A DNA stretch of 64,000 nucleotides from Octopus sinensis (GCF_006345805.1 NC_043007.1:28024001-28088000); one strand, 5' to 3'. Shown: positions 25,932 through 38,862, counted from the stretch's first letter. Program-made: numbers and translations. The notes: a model not told the origin generated them from the sequence alone.

Positions 25932-26640
25932 CAGGGTATGCACAAAACTACTGCCTGTTTTCAAACAGATATAACATGTAAATTTATTGTAATAACGTTT
26001 CACAGTTTGTAGCTTCAGATGCAGGATTTTATTCAGTTTCATATTGTAAAGGGTAGCATTAAAGGCACTCAATGTGCATCCCTCTGGTTGCTCGGGAAAT
26101 ATCGATGCGACAGTCTAGTTCCTTTCGGATGCTTTGCAGCATATCTGGAGTTACTACGCGAACTGCTTTAGTGATCGAAGTTTTCAGCTCATCTAGAGTT
26201 GCAGGTTGTGGTGGTACACAAACTGTGCTCTTCACGTAACCCCAAAGAAAGAAGTCACAAACAGTTAGGTCCCGTGACCTCTCAGGTCACTTGCAGAACA
26301 CCTGATCATCTCCTTCAGCTCGACTAATCCATCTGTTTGACAAGTGCTCAGTGAGAAATCTCTTGAAAGCGATATGGCAATGCGGTGGAGCGCCACCTTG
26401 CGGGAAAAGGTAGTCATCGCCCTCAGCAGCTAGTTGTGGAAACATCCAATTGGTCAGCATCTTCTGGTAATTTTGGCCAGATGGATAACCTGAGGGGTTA
26501 CACAAATTTGAGAAAACTTCGGAACAAAAGTGACGGATAAAATGTACAGACGAAAAGTAACAATAAAATTCGTCCATAATGGATAGAAGAAAATAAATAC
26601 AACTAGGCTGACTTTATGAGTGAATCCTTCATCAAATTAA
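25932..26640 (-). mobile_element. Tc1/mariner transposase C-terminal remnant with right TIR
   Basis: QGGAPPH...RWISR...RSRDLTVCDFFLWGYVKS...TLDELKTSI...DMLQS..KELDYRIDISRATRGMHIECL*; terminal TA|CAGGGT at 25930-25937. Confidence 0.85.
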
Positions 26641-26798
26641 CGTAAAAATGTTTTTAAAAACAGGTAAAAGAATGATACCTATTTGAAGCCTATAATGTAG
26701 AGATTGGTACAAATGTAATGAGAAGCCAGATAGACTTGAACTCTCACCATAAATATTGAGTCTTTATACTTTTTTTCCGTTATGTTTCGTTTTCAAGC

Positions 26799-26904
26799 GT
26801 TATTAGCTGTTTACCAGTTATTAGCTGTTCACCAGTTATTAGCTGTTCACCAGTTATTAGCTGTTCACCAGTTATTAGCTGTTCACCAGTTATTAGCTGT
26901 TCAC
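26799..26904. repeat. 18-bp minisatellite, 6 copies (GTTATTAGCTGTTCACCA)
   Basis: Units start at 26799, 26817, 26835, 26853, 26871 and 26889. Confidence 0.95.
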
Positions 26905-28173
26905 TTGTTCACGGCTTACTCGTTCACGTTCTTCTGAATTACATGTATGCCGTCGGTGTTAGACATTCGTTAGCGTCCTCAAAATGTATTTTCTAGTATG
27001 TTGGGTGGAATCTGAGCGAATAATTAATAAATTTCAGCATCGTTAAAACTGCCATGTTGAAATTAAAATCCCTGGGGTAGTCTTTCTTTGCACGGCAAGA
27101 ATCCTCAGTAAAACGAGAATAGCATCCACAGGGTTCGATAATACACAATTTATTGTATAACGTATTTGTGGAACGTTAGACTCACAGAATATTTTTGAGA
27201 AATAATCGCCGACTTTTGAGGTGCAAGAGTAAACGAGATATTGCTATCATTGTATGTTATTAGACAACACAATGACTGCTGTATCGTTGTTCCATAGATT
27301 CAAATACTTGGATTATTCTATTTTTGTTTGTAATCTATCTAAGATTGTTTAACCGATTAATACCGAAATCGCATTTTCTTGGCTAAAGAAGTCTGCATTT
27401 GTGGAAGCTGTAGAAATAGTTTTTTCATGTCCTTCCAATGTAATGATGTTGTTTTGTTTCTTTTAGCAAAGCCTTCCAGTATGACTTGGATATTTTATTT
27501 TCCTTTATGTTCACTGCTGATGTGATATGCTTCTACACTGAGTATTTTTATATGTTGCTGTTAGTTGTCAATTTTTTATCGATATTTCGTTAAAAAAAAA
27601 CCAGAGATGTTATCAACTCTGTTTGCTTACTTCGTACACGTTCTTCCTTTTGTTAGCAAATACGGAAAGAGTTTCCAGTATCTTATACTTAGTGTGTATT
27701 TTTTTATATCCAAGGTTAGCTAATGTAGAATCTGAAGTAATGAATACATTTTATGTCTTTATAGCTATAAGTAAACTAAGATTCAATGGTAAATACGTAT
27801 TAAAATTTATTTTTAAGCTGGGTGGTTTTCATTCTGTTTTATTTGTGAAGATATACAAAGGCAACGTGATAATGAACAAAAGGAGATAAAGTGAGGCTTC
27901 TAAATATATCTATAGTAATGCGTGTGTATGCGTGTTTGTGTCTCTGTGTGTGCGCGTGTGTATGCGTTTGATTGCGTTTTTCTTATCAGATTTTAAGGCA
28001 ATGAATTCATTCGATACGTGCAATACAGAAGTCATATGAAAGGTTTCGATACGTTCAATAGAGAAATCACGTGAATGTTCCCGAGCTGTGAAAGCTTGCT
28101 TTCCTATCTCATAAGATGGCAGAATTTCGAGAATTTCGTTAGTACTGCAATATAAAGAAGGCATCGATAGAAA

Positions 28174-28558
28174 TCTCTCTCTATATAAACGGCAGTTTGT
28201 CTGTATGTGTTTCTGTGTGTCTGTTTTCTCGTACCTTCACCCTGACCACTGCTTTCAACCGATTCTGATGAAACTTGACACACACATAGCCCAATGTCAT
28301 AATTTAAAACTAACGCAGCGAAAATTTTAAAAAGTTTCCTCAGTTCTGAAAAAAATCGATAAATTCGACATGGGGTCGAGAATCAGAAACACAAACCACA
28401 GACTGTCTAGGGGACACAACTCGACCTTTTTTAACTCTCAAAAAAAATTTACCATAATTTTTTCCCATTTTTTTTGCTATTTTTTGGCTATAACTCTCTA
28501 AAAATGCTTTATAGTTATTTCCCTTACAAATCTGAGCAACGCCGGGCGATACTGCTAG
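28174..28558 (+). mobile_element. Non-autonomous Helitron, complete (385 bp)
   Basis: A|TCTCTCTCTATATAAAC...CTGAGCAACGCCGGGCGATACTGCTAG|T; the 3' ~110 bp is shared with the 883-1537 element. Confidence 0.88.
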
Positions 28559-28689
28559 TTCTTAAATATTCCTCTCAGCCTTATTTAGACATCTAAATAT
28601 TTATTCAAAGTCACCTAAACTTCCTTCTAAATATATTTCTTGATATTCTGTGAGTAAAGGAAAATTTTTATACACACGACGGTAACAAT

Positions 28690-28860
28690 ATTCGTGATGG
28701 ATATCCTCGATTATGGCTGATCTGGAAGGAAAAAAACAAAGAACAGATTAATTAATGCGATCATAGATCAATGTTTAAAGATTTGGGGTAGAGAAGACAC
28801 CAGGGCAGGATCTGTTGGAGAATGGCAGCATAGATAGACAACGATACAAACAACAAAGAG
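28690..28860 (+). mobile_element. Possible RTE-like LINE 3' remnant
   Basis: Purine-rich, faint G.PR......D...DLG...DL...A.DR pattern; heavily decayed. Confidence 0.3.
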
Positions 28861-30334
28861 GGAAATGTTGGAGACTTAAGTCATAGATTACACAGAAGTC
28901 CAGGAGTACAAACGACAAATGCGATTGACATTATGAATAATGGCGTCCAAAATACACGTTGATGAAATAAATGTGTAAGCGTTACGACACATACGCCTTT
29001 GATACGTCGGTCGGATAGTGATTCAAAGTGGTGTTAAGCAAAACGATGATACCTGCACAGCATAGGAGACATTCGGCAATGTAACCTTAAGTATATTTAG
29101 TTTAATCACAGCTGGTACATCTAATATGACAATTCTATGCTGATAGCTCTATTTGATGAATGGAACATGTTACTAAGCAACAATAGTTTGTAATTTTGGC
29201 CCAGTTCTTAGGAGAATGGGTAATTAGATCCCAGTGATACCAGTGGTCGGCTGGCATGTTATTTTATCGATGGAATCTTAACTCAACTCAGAATGTAAAA
29301 ACTCGTAACAAATATGGCAAGGTATGTTTTTTGACGCTCTACCGATTCTCCCAATTAGCTGCCCTGAACTACGTTACGCATAAACGTAAGTCCTAGAAAT
29401 TTCTTTCTGTATGCCACCGACGCCAATACTTTCTTGGTACTATATTCTATTGGCAACAGAGGATTGAGGGGCTAAATCGATCTCAGTGGGACTTGAAATC
29501 AAGGCGCAAAGATTTGTGTCTAAATAAATCCTCAATTAGGAAAAGAAGTTGTAAACCACATTTTGATAAAAAGGATTAAAAACTTTGTTAACAGTGTAGA
29601 CTTTTATGATTTCTTTTTGAAAAAGTTACATATTCATTAGTAATTAATTAGCAGTTTTCTTCACTATAGCATTATCACAGTCAATATATCTACTAGTTCC
29701 AAAGACTACTGGTTACTTAACTGATAATCCTATCCTACTTGCTGCGAATGTTCTGAAGTTAAATACGCAAAACAAAATCAATAGAAAAGACTTATGTAAT
29801 GCAATGATATTTTCCGATTTTAGTATTTTCAAGTTCTTTATTTATTTTTAAAATTCAGTCTGAATCAATAAAAACAATTCAGAATCAGATTAATTATATT
29901 TCAAGAAAATAATTGAATTTTCAGTTTTCTTTATACGTAAGAAAGATTTTTGTGGACAAGTGCGAACAAAACCATTATATATTTATAGACTCCTGTTGTT
30001 GAGGTTGTTGTTGTTGTTGTTGGTGGTGGTGTTTTTCTTGCTATTGTTTAGGCAGTTGGCTGGCAGAATTTCCACAGCGCCGAACAAAACTGTGGTACTT
30101 CTTCCGGGTCTTTACGCTCTGAGTGTTATGGTGAACCAGGATAAAAGCTTTCCGGCCTGACATCTTCCACGTTGTCCAAGCGCTCATCAACTTTTTTTGC
30201 AAGTTACACTTTAAAAGGAATATGCAAGTAAAGATGGAGTTTTGTCTCCCAGGAAATTTGTTGGATATATGGAGGAACGACTGTCTCCTCCCCATAAAAT
30301 CCAGGCTTATAGTGCACCTATAGTAGACAGGATT

Positions 30335-30447
30335 AATTTCAAAGACTAAGTTGACCTCGGCGGAATTTGAACTCAGACCGTAACGACGGGCGAAACACCG
30401 CTAAGCACTTCGTCCAGCGTGTTAATGATTCTACCTGTTCGCTGCCT
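30335..30447 (-). mobile_element. SINE family B, 5' part
   Basis: GTTGACCTCGGCGGAATTTGAACTCAGA...CCGCTAAGCA. Confidence 0.8.
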
Positions 30448-30584
30448 TCATTAGCCTTTAAAATTAATACTTGTATTTAGTATATATTGGAGAAACCTTC
30501 CATAGTTGAACCTACACGAGAAGTAGCCAATGTCAGATAAATTCGTTCGTTCTCTACCTATCTATCTATCACTATCTATCTTTC

Positions 30585-30615
<31 letters not shown>

Positions 30616-30662
30616 AGTTTTCTCTCCCTTTTATTCATTTCAATTCTTTGCAATGCTATTTG

Positions 30663-30907
30663 AACAATTGCAGCATGGAAGGTGTTTATAAACCATTTAA
30701 GAAACAGACAAAAACGTTAGATTCACTTCAACATTTAATTTGCCAAAATATTTTCGTCGCGACAAAATTCCGTGCTGCACAGAATTTTGTCAGTGAAATT
30801 GCGATCTGAAAGCGACAAAAATATTTTGGCAAATTAAATGAAGTAAATCTAATGGCTTTTGTGTGTTTCTTAAATGGATTATAAACACCTTCTACGCTGC
30901 AATTGTT
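30663..30907. mobile_element. Foldback/palindromic MITE-like element
   Basis: Arms of about 97 bp (AACAATTGCAGC...AATATTTTCGTCGC) in inverted orientation; inner 10-bp stem GACAAAATTC/GAATTTTGTC. Confidence 0.8.
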
Positions 30908-31154
30908 TTTGTTTCAGCACACGATCTCAGATCAGGTCACTTACTATGCAAGTACATCTCCGTCAATGTTATTTGAATTATCACGAAAAATATTTTTTAT
31001 CTAAATTGTCCCTTTTTTTCTGTTGAGATGTATAACTTTTGTTTTCTCGTTTTTGAAATTTGCAAAAAAGTTTTTTTTAGACATATATTGAGCAGGAGAA
31101 TAAAAAAGACCAGATTGTCAGATATATTTGCCCGTTTCTTAAACTCGGTGATCT

Positions 31155-31345
31155 GACAGAATCGTTAGCAAGCCGGACAAAATGTATAGCGGCATTTCGT
31201 CCGATTTTACGTTCTGAGTTCAAACTCCACCTTTCCTCCTTTCAGGATCGATAATATAAGTGCCAGTTGAGCACTGGGGCCGATGTAACTGATCTCTCCC
31301 CTCCCCCGAACTTACTCGGCTGGTGCCAAAATTTTAAACCAATAT
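31155..31345 (+). mobile_element. SINE family B, diverged, tail type 2
   Basis: Head, core and ...CTGGTGCCAAAATTTTAAACCAAT end. Confidence 0.75.
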
Positions 31346-32463
31346 GTCTGACAATTCAACCGATGTAAACGAACGAAATACTCCACAATGTTTGAGTGAA
31401 TGGAATAAGCGAATCAGCTTTGTACCTCAACCACGAATAGGATTCCAAATACAGTTTAAGAAATAATAAATACTAACATCTTGGCTACTTTTCCTGTACT
31501 TATTCACTTGATAAATAACGCTTTCATTAGCGATATATGAGATTATTAATCTTAAACCAAACGTTAAATAACTATATTTTATTAACTCCGTCATTACAGA
31601 TTTTCATTTTTCAAATTTCTAAGAAAATTATCCAATGGAAACTCTTTTTCTCTTTTCCGTTTGTTTTCTGCTTTCTTTTGTGTATAAGTGTGTTTTCTTG
31701 TCTTTCTGTTATTTGTTTAGTTTTTCTTACACCTCTGCATCCTCCCATCCTTCTTCTTCTTCGCCAGTATGTTTTGAAGTTTGTGATAAAAATGGCCGCT
31801 TTTATAGTCGATACTCCATTGCGAAATCACTGGCTTCATTGATTAACAGTAACTTGCCACTTCGATTTGTTCTAGAAACAGTTCTCTGAAAATTAAGCTT
31901 TGTTCGAGACTGCTTATTAAATTACCAATCACGTTTCTTTCTTGTCGAATTAATAATTCTGTTTCAACCCAAGTGCTGGATGTGTTTGAATGTTACTGAA
32001 CTCAAGCAAAATAATAATGACATCTTACGTAAAGCAAACATCTGAGGTTTTATTTCAAAACAACAATATATGGTGATTGTGATACTTATGGTTTTCCAAA
32101 GGACATTAGTTACACGCTTAAATTAGAGCCTTTTCCTGCTAATTACCTAACCCCAGCCCGTGCAGAGGTTCACATAAACCGGGTCAGTGCAACACTGAAT
32201 CACTAACCACTAATTATTTATTGCTTCGTCATTATTTCTTTCCGGTAACCATTGCAATATATAAGAGACTGGTGAATAATTCCTATTTTGGTTGCGTGAA
32301 GCGGCTTAGAAATATATTTGACAATGCCGGATAGACGGTAGTTTATCGCGAGAAGCATTTCCCGTGAGTGGACTTCGATTCAGTATTGTAAACTAATCAA
32401 TCCCCCGTCAAGTTTATTGCGCTGCTCATGATTACAGTAATGAATTATGTCGCAAATCACACA

Positions 32464-32511
<48 letters not shown>

Positions 32512-32624
32512 ATACACACACACATGGATGGACTGAGACATCGTTGCACAGACACACATCATATCATCACCAATAATATACAAGCAGGGAAAATTGTTGC
32601 ATGCTGGAAAAGGATATATTCATT

Positions 32625-32812
32625 TCTTAATTGCCCACAGGGGACTAAACATAAAAGGGGACAAACAAGGACAGACAAAGGGATTAAGTCGATAACATCG
32701 ACTTCTGTGCGTAACTGGTACTTATTTAATCGACCTCGAAATGACGGAAGGCAAAGTCGACCTCGGCGGAATTGGAACTCAGAACGTAAGGACAGACGAA
32801 ATACAGCTAAGC
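32625..32812 (-). mobile_element. SINE family B
   Basis: Reverse complement of core and tail 1. Confidence 0.85.
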
Positions 32813-32993
32813 ATGGAAGAGAATTTATTGAAGCAGATGTACGCCCCTTATAACAAAACAAAATATGTTTCTCTTAACTAGAAAATTAGGGCAGAAAAAG
32901 AAGTGACAAACGATAAAAAAAAGATGAGTAGCACTCAGAATTGACAAAGTATGTGTCATAACTGATAATAATAATGACAGCAACAACAACAAC

Positions 32994-33038
<45 letters not shown>

Positions 33039-33896
33039 TAAAAAATGGAGTTAACGCAGGTGTAAACAAATATTTTTACTTTCGACACATGTTTCGAAAA
33101 TTCCACTGATACTATTCAAAAGAATAAATGGTATAAACAATGCAATCTTCTCTTCGGGAAAGTGAAAAAAACGAAACTCGTCAATACGACATTTTAGCAA
33201 AAAATGATGGATTTGTATAGCGATAGACAGAACGCTATTAATATTGTTGAAAAAAACGTTATATGATATAACGTCATAAGTAGCTAACAGAAAGAGTTGG
33301 GATATTAATAGTGAATGTTAAATATAAAGGAAATTAAAGTTTAAATTATATATAATGATAGAGGCTACTTATATGCACTAAATGTATGTTTTTGCCAATG
33401 CTTACATCTGTATGCTCGCTCTATAACCGTGTTTACTAGAGTATTTTTAGAAAAAATAATGAAAAATAGCTCAGAATTGCAGAGAAGACAGAATTTCTTG
33501 CCTTTGTCATATGGTATCGAAATTGAGAGGATCAACCATTCTAAATGAAATTGTTCATTGTGGTCAAATTAGTTTGCTGAGACCGGTACTATTCCGTTTA
33601 TTTCTATCCCTAAATGTTGAGTAATGCATATATATATTTTTTCAAAGCGATGAATAGTTTGCGGAAACCATGGTTCGCTTTGTTTTCTGACTTTATTATC
33701 ATCTTATAATCATCTCATAATAACTTTTATTACTACCTCAGTCCATCTAAATCTATATATTTGTCGTTACATGTCATAAAAAGCCTTTTTTATTTACAAT
33801 GTGCATTTTCGTTGATTTTTCATATTTTATCCTTACATTTCCAAGTGTATTTTATATTTTCTTTTTGTAACATATTTCTACTATATATATATATAT

Positions 33897-33976
33897 ATAG
33901 GGAGAATTCACGAAAAAACAAAAGATGAAGACAGGTGGTCTAGAAAACAAACAGATGTATAAGTATAACGCTCGTG
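33897..33976 (-). mobile_element. Truncated copy of the (TA)n-embedded element at 48842
   Basis: GAATTCACGAAAAAACAAAAGATGAAGACAGGTG...AACAAACAGATGTAT.AGT.TAACGCTCG following (TA)n. Confidence 0.7.
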
Positions 33977-34107
33977 TGTATATGTGTGTGTGTATATGTT
34001 TGCATATATATTATTATTATTGTTGTAAATAGAGGAATTTATCTGTAAATGTAATATGTTACAATTATTCGGTATCCATTAAAGGGCCAATCAAACATAT
34101 ATACACA

Positions 34108-34266
34108 GGAGTGGCTGTGTGGTAAGTAGCTTGTTTACCAACCACATGGTTCCGGGTTCATTCCCACTGCGTGGCACCTCGGGCAAGTGTCTTCTACTAT
34201 GGCCTCGGGCCGACCAAAGCCTTGTGAGTGGATTTGGTAGGCGGAAACTGAAAGAAGCCCGTCGTA

Positions 34267-34303
<37 letters not shown>

Positions 34304-34510
34304 ATGTGTTTTTGTGTGTCTGTGTTTGTCCCCCTAGCATTGCTTGACAACCGATGCTGGTGTGTTTATGTCCCCGTTACTTAGCGGTTCGGCAAAAGAG
34401 ACCGATAGAATAAGTACTGGACTTACAAAGAATAAGTCCCGGGTCGAGTTGCTCGATTAAAGGCGGTGCTCCAGCATGGCCGCAGTCAAATGACTGAAAC
34501 AAGTAAAAGA
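34108..34510 (+). mobile_element. SINE family A, full-length reference copy
   Basis: tRNA-like A box (TGGCTGTGTGG) and B box (GGTTCATTCCC), CORE-like CCTCGGGCAAGTGTCTT, internal (TA)/(TG) linker, 3' end ...GACTGAAACAAGTAAAAGA. Confidence 0.92.
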
Positions 34511-35271
34511 GTATATACACACACACACAGTTTGTTCTTTCATATACAATATGGCGTCTTCCAAAATTATCGATATTTTTCAGTTTTCTGTCTCTTTTAC
34601 TATCTCCTTAAAAGGAGACATTTATGAGAGCATAGATGGAAATCTTATATGAATTTTGTCTCCATCATTTGGGAGATGTTTTGATATCTAATAAACGTAT
34701 GACGCTAAATTCTAAAATATAACAATTTGATGGCCACTGTTTGTCTTTTAGCTAGAATATAAAAATAATAGTGGTACTAATTCATCATTTTGTATTGTTT
34801 TGAATCATAACAAAATCATAAAAAAAGAACCTTTATCAAACTTTGATTCTAGCAACTTTACTAAAATCATAAATAATAAATAAAATTCTAAAAACATATG
34901 GAAGAGAACACCGCTGATAAAATTGATGGTGACAGTGCATTAATAGTCTGTGTGCCTACGCGTGCCGCGCGTGTGTGTATGTGTGCGTGTGTGCGTAGGC
35001 GAAGGTATTTCGACCGTCTAGTTCAAATCTCGCCGATGTCGATTTAGCCATCCATCCTTTATGTAAAATCATTTAATGCGTACGTTTTAGGTTTGCGTAA
35101 CATATAACAGGAAATATATCAAATATGTAAAAAAATTCCTCAGTTAAAGCATTTCTTAGCATAACACGAAACGCGCTCGCGCGCGTGTGTGTGTGTGTGT
35201 ATGTGTGTGTGTGTGTGTGTAGGTTAAATAAAATGAGACCACAAAACCAAGGCAGTGTGAAATTTCTTGTA

Positions 35272-35319
35272 GTTTTACAGCTGTTTCAAGGCTATGAGGG
35301 ATATCCCTTCATCAGAGAC
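35272..35319 (-). ncRNA. Minimal type I hammerhead ribozyme
   Basis: GTCT-CTGATGA-AGGG...CCTT-GAAAC-AGCT-GTA-AAAC: intact core, palindromic stem III, GUA triplet, one stem I mismatch. Confidence 0.7.
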
Positions 35320-35608
35320 GATATGAAAGACTTAAATAGAGGCAAATAGTAGAGTTTAAAATAAGAAGTTATTTTGGAAAATATAGAAAATATTAACAAA
35401 ATATGAACTCCTACCGTTACTTACATACCGTTGAAAAGAAGCCTTTTAACCCATTCTGCACAACACATTCCATGGATAATGTCACATCAAGTTTAACATC
35501 TAACATATATCTTTATTTTTATTCTTATATTTTTCCCTTATATCTCACCCTTTTCAAAATAACTTATATTGAACTCTACTATTTCCTTCTATTTAGCTCT
35601 CTGATATC

Positions 35609-35656
35609 GTCTCTGATGGTGAAATATATTTTATATCCCTGAAACAGCTGTAAGAC
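35609..35656 (+). ncRNA. Minimal type I hammerhead ribozyme, core-mutated
   Basis: GTCT-CTGATGG...ATATA(ttt)TATAT.CCCT-GAAAC-AGCT-GTA-AGAC: perfect stem I, A9G change, damaged stem II base. Confidence 0.6.
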
Positions 35657-35884
35657 TACTATTTTCTTTATAAAATGAACTAGAAATTCTACACTGCCTT
35701 GTTTTGTTGTCTCGTTTTATTTAACCTATACACGCTGACATACGACCCACGTTAGGCTCCTAACTTATACTATTATCAAACCGGAAATCTAACAGCAGTC
35801 TTTCTGTAGGACTTACATACTTTTTGGATCATCTGGATACCAAAACCTCTGATTTATAAATATATATATATGTATGTATGCATG

Positions 35885-35943
<59 letters not shown>

Positions 35944-36153
35944 TGTGTGTATGTGTGTGTGTGAGAGAGAGAGAGAGAGAGTGTGTGTATTTATATATGC
36001 ACATGTATATATGTAGTCATTGATTGTGACTGAGGGTACCGAAGCACATATCCTGCAAGAAATAATGCTGTAAGAAGCGCGCAACATATATATACTGACA
36101 AGGGAGATAATCACCCTAGAAGATAACCGTCTCGAGGATCATTAGATTAGATA

Positions 36154-36182
36154 GTTTCGCTTATCCGTCGTAGGCTCGTCAG
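36154..36182 (-). ncRNA. Hammerhead-like core
   Basis: CTGACGA-GCCTA(cgacgga)TAAGC-GAAAC; stems I and III not resolved. Confidence 0.3.
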
Positions 36183-36804
36183 TAGTGATTACTCAACGCT
36201 CGATGGTTTGGCTAAATTCCCCCTCCCAGCATATATATTTTTACCATATAAAAATTCGTGCCTGATTTGGCGAAATGTTAATACACATATTAAAAGTTAA
36301 AATAAACCGTTTCGTGTAATATAATACCATAAAGGAAAAATTTTATGGTAAATCTTCACGTCTCATTTTCTCCTAAATAGTTCATCACATCCGTTGCATA
36401 TTCTTTGCGTTTCACCTTCATACCTTGCTGTGTCTAATTTTGAATTCACTTTTTTATTCCGAAAATTCTTTACCGAATCTTTGACCGTGGGTTCCCTACG
36501 GCTAACACGCCGTGCAAAATGCTTAGAGGTATTTTTCCGTGCTCATGTTGTGAGTTCAAAATTCGCTGAGGTTGTCTTTTTGTCGTATGTTTTCAAGGTC
36601 GGGAAAAAAAGGATACTAGTTGGAGACTGAAGTCCGTGTCATGGACGTATTCCACACAGCCGACACACTGAAATTGTTGGCGTTGGTCCTAAATTGGAAA
36701 CATTTATTACCTGAGAAGATGCAGCAAAAAGAAGAGAGTAAGACAGGAACGATCATGAGTAGATGTGGAAAAAGAGAAGGAGTCGACGTCACGACGTAAA
36801 ACAA

Positions 36805-36948
36805 AGGAAGAGCAAAGGGAAAGAAACGTACAGTTACACACATGCATAGATACACACACATATACATATATGTATACACAAACACACAAACATATACCCA
36901 TGTGCGTGCATGTGTGTAACTGTACGTTTCTTTCCCTTCGCTCTTCCT
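36805..36948. repeat. 42-bp inverted repeat with 60-bp microsatellite loop
   Basis: 36805-36846 is the reverse complement of 36907-36948, with a single A:C mismatch (36814/36939). Confidence 0.95.
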
Positions 36949-36968
36949 CTCTCTTTATTCTCTTTCCT

Positions 36969-37221
36969 CTTTTACTTGTTTCAGTCATGTGACTGCGGCC
37001 ATGCTGGGGCACCGAATTTAGTCGAACGAATCGACCCCAGGACTTATTCTTTGTAAGCCTGGTACTTATTCTATCGGTCTCTTTTGCCGAACTGCTAATT
37101 TATGGAGACGTAAACACACCAGCATCGGTTGTCAAGCGATGTTGGGGGGACAAACACAGGCACACAACATATACACACACATACATATATAAATATATAT
37201 ATATATATTATATATATATAT

Positions 37222-37291
<70 letters not shown>

Positions 37292-37485
37292 ACATACATA
37301 TATATATATGTATATATATACTTATATACGACGAGCTTCCTTCAGTTTCCGTCTACCGAATCCACTCACAAGGATTTTGTCGGCCCGAGGCTATAGCAGA
37401 AGACACTTGCCTAAGGTGCCACCCAGTGGGACTGAACCAGGAACCATGAGCTTGTGAAGCAAGCTTCTTACCACACACCCACTCC
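36969..37485 (-). mobile_element. SINE family A with expanded (TA)n linker
   Basis: Both halves intact; linker expanded to about 180 bp. Confidence 0.9.
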
Positions 37486-37589
37486 TGCGCTGTATTCATG
37501 AATATGTAATGACGTATTAAAAATATATTCTTTTCTAATATACTTTATATTCTATTTTGTTTCTTTCTATACATACACACAACACCACA

Positions 37590-38058
37590 TGTATGTATGT
37601 ATGTATGTATGTATGTATGTATGTATGTATGTATGTATGTATGTATGTATGTACGTACGTACGTATGTATGTATGTATGTATGTATGTATGTATGTATGT
37701 ATGTATGTATGTATGTATGTATGTATGTACACACACCTTTGCGATGTATACCATTCATGATTAACACCTTGAAGAAAATAACCAATATTTGTCAAATGGC
37801 TTATCGCTAGCGTCTGTTAGTTAAATGAATAAAAGTTGTGGGGTGGATTCATCACATAATGTGATGAGCAAACAGTATAGACTTACCTATATACGCACTC
37901 ATATGAACATAAATATATATATATATATATATGTGTATATATATATATATATATAATGCATTTATTTATATATATATAATGTATTTATATACATATATAT
38001 ATCGATATATATATTATGTATTTATATATATATATATATTTATATATATACGTATATC

Positions 38059-38095
<37 letters not shown>

Positions 38096-38450
38096 ACACA
38101 AACACACAAACATATACACACACATACATATATAAATATATATATATATATTTATATATATATAATATTTATATATATATATATATATATATGTATACCC
38201 ATGCATACACACACTCATATGTATACATACATATATATATATGTATATATATTATATATATATATATGTGTATATAAACATATATATATATCTTCATATA
38301 TATATACATATATACATATATATTTATATATATATAGGTGTGAGTTTGTGTATACATATATATGTATGTATGTATGTATGTATGCATGTATGTATGTATT
38401 TATGTATGTATGTATGTATGTATGTATTTATGTATGTATGTGTGTATGTA
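37590..38450. repeat. (TATG)n and (TA)n tracts
   Basis: Directly visible. Confidence 0.9.
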
Positions 38451-38804
38451 TGTATACTTATCCCAGCCATACACTGATCAATCAATCAGCTAACCTTATA
38501 AGACTAACAGTTTGTCTAACATAATAAACCAAAACAATTTCGTTGTTTTTTGCTGTTGTTCTTGACGTTATTTCTCTTTGCCTTCGTTTTCTTTCCTTCT
38601 TTCTTTCTATACTTTAGTTTGTGATGGTCACTTGATTTTTCTTGTTGTTGTGGTTCTGATGTTGGTGGTGGTGGTGTCTTGGTTCTTGACATTTCAGTAC
38701 CTTCTTTTATATCCTTGGTATTTTAGCTGCTATTTCTACTAGTATTTTCTCTTGACGTTCTAAAATGTGATTGAATTTACTTGGCTATTACCTCGGTGGC
38801 GGCA

Positions 38805-38807
38805 ACT

Positions 38808-38862
<55 letters not shown>

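Larger units (their letters stand above)
35221..35727. mobile_element. Inverted-repeat element with a hammerhead motif in each arm (PLE-derived)
   Basis: Arms about 35221-35380 and 35550-35727 are reverse complements; each carries GTCT-CTGATG(A/G)...GAAAC-AGCT-GTA. Confidence 0.8.

Noticed and set aside
26799-26904. CRISPR-like array
   Set aside because: The repeats are contiguous with no spacers, and the context is eukaryotic.
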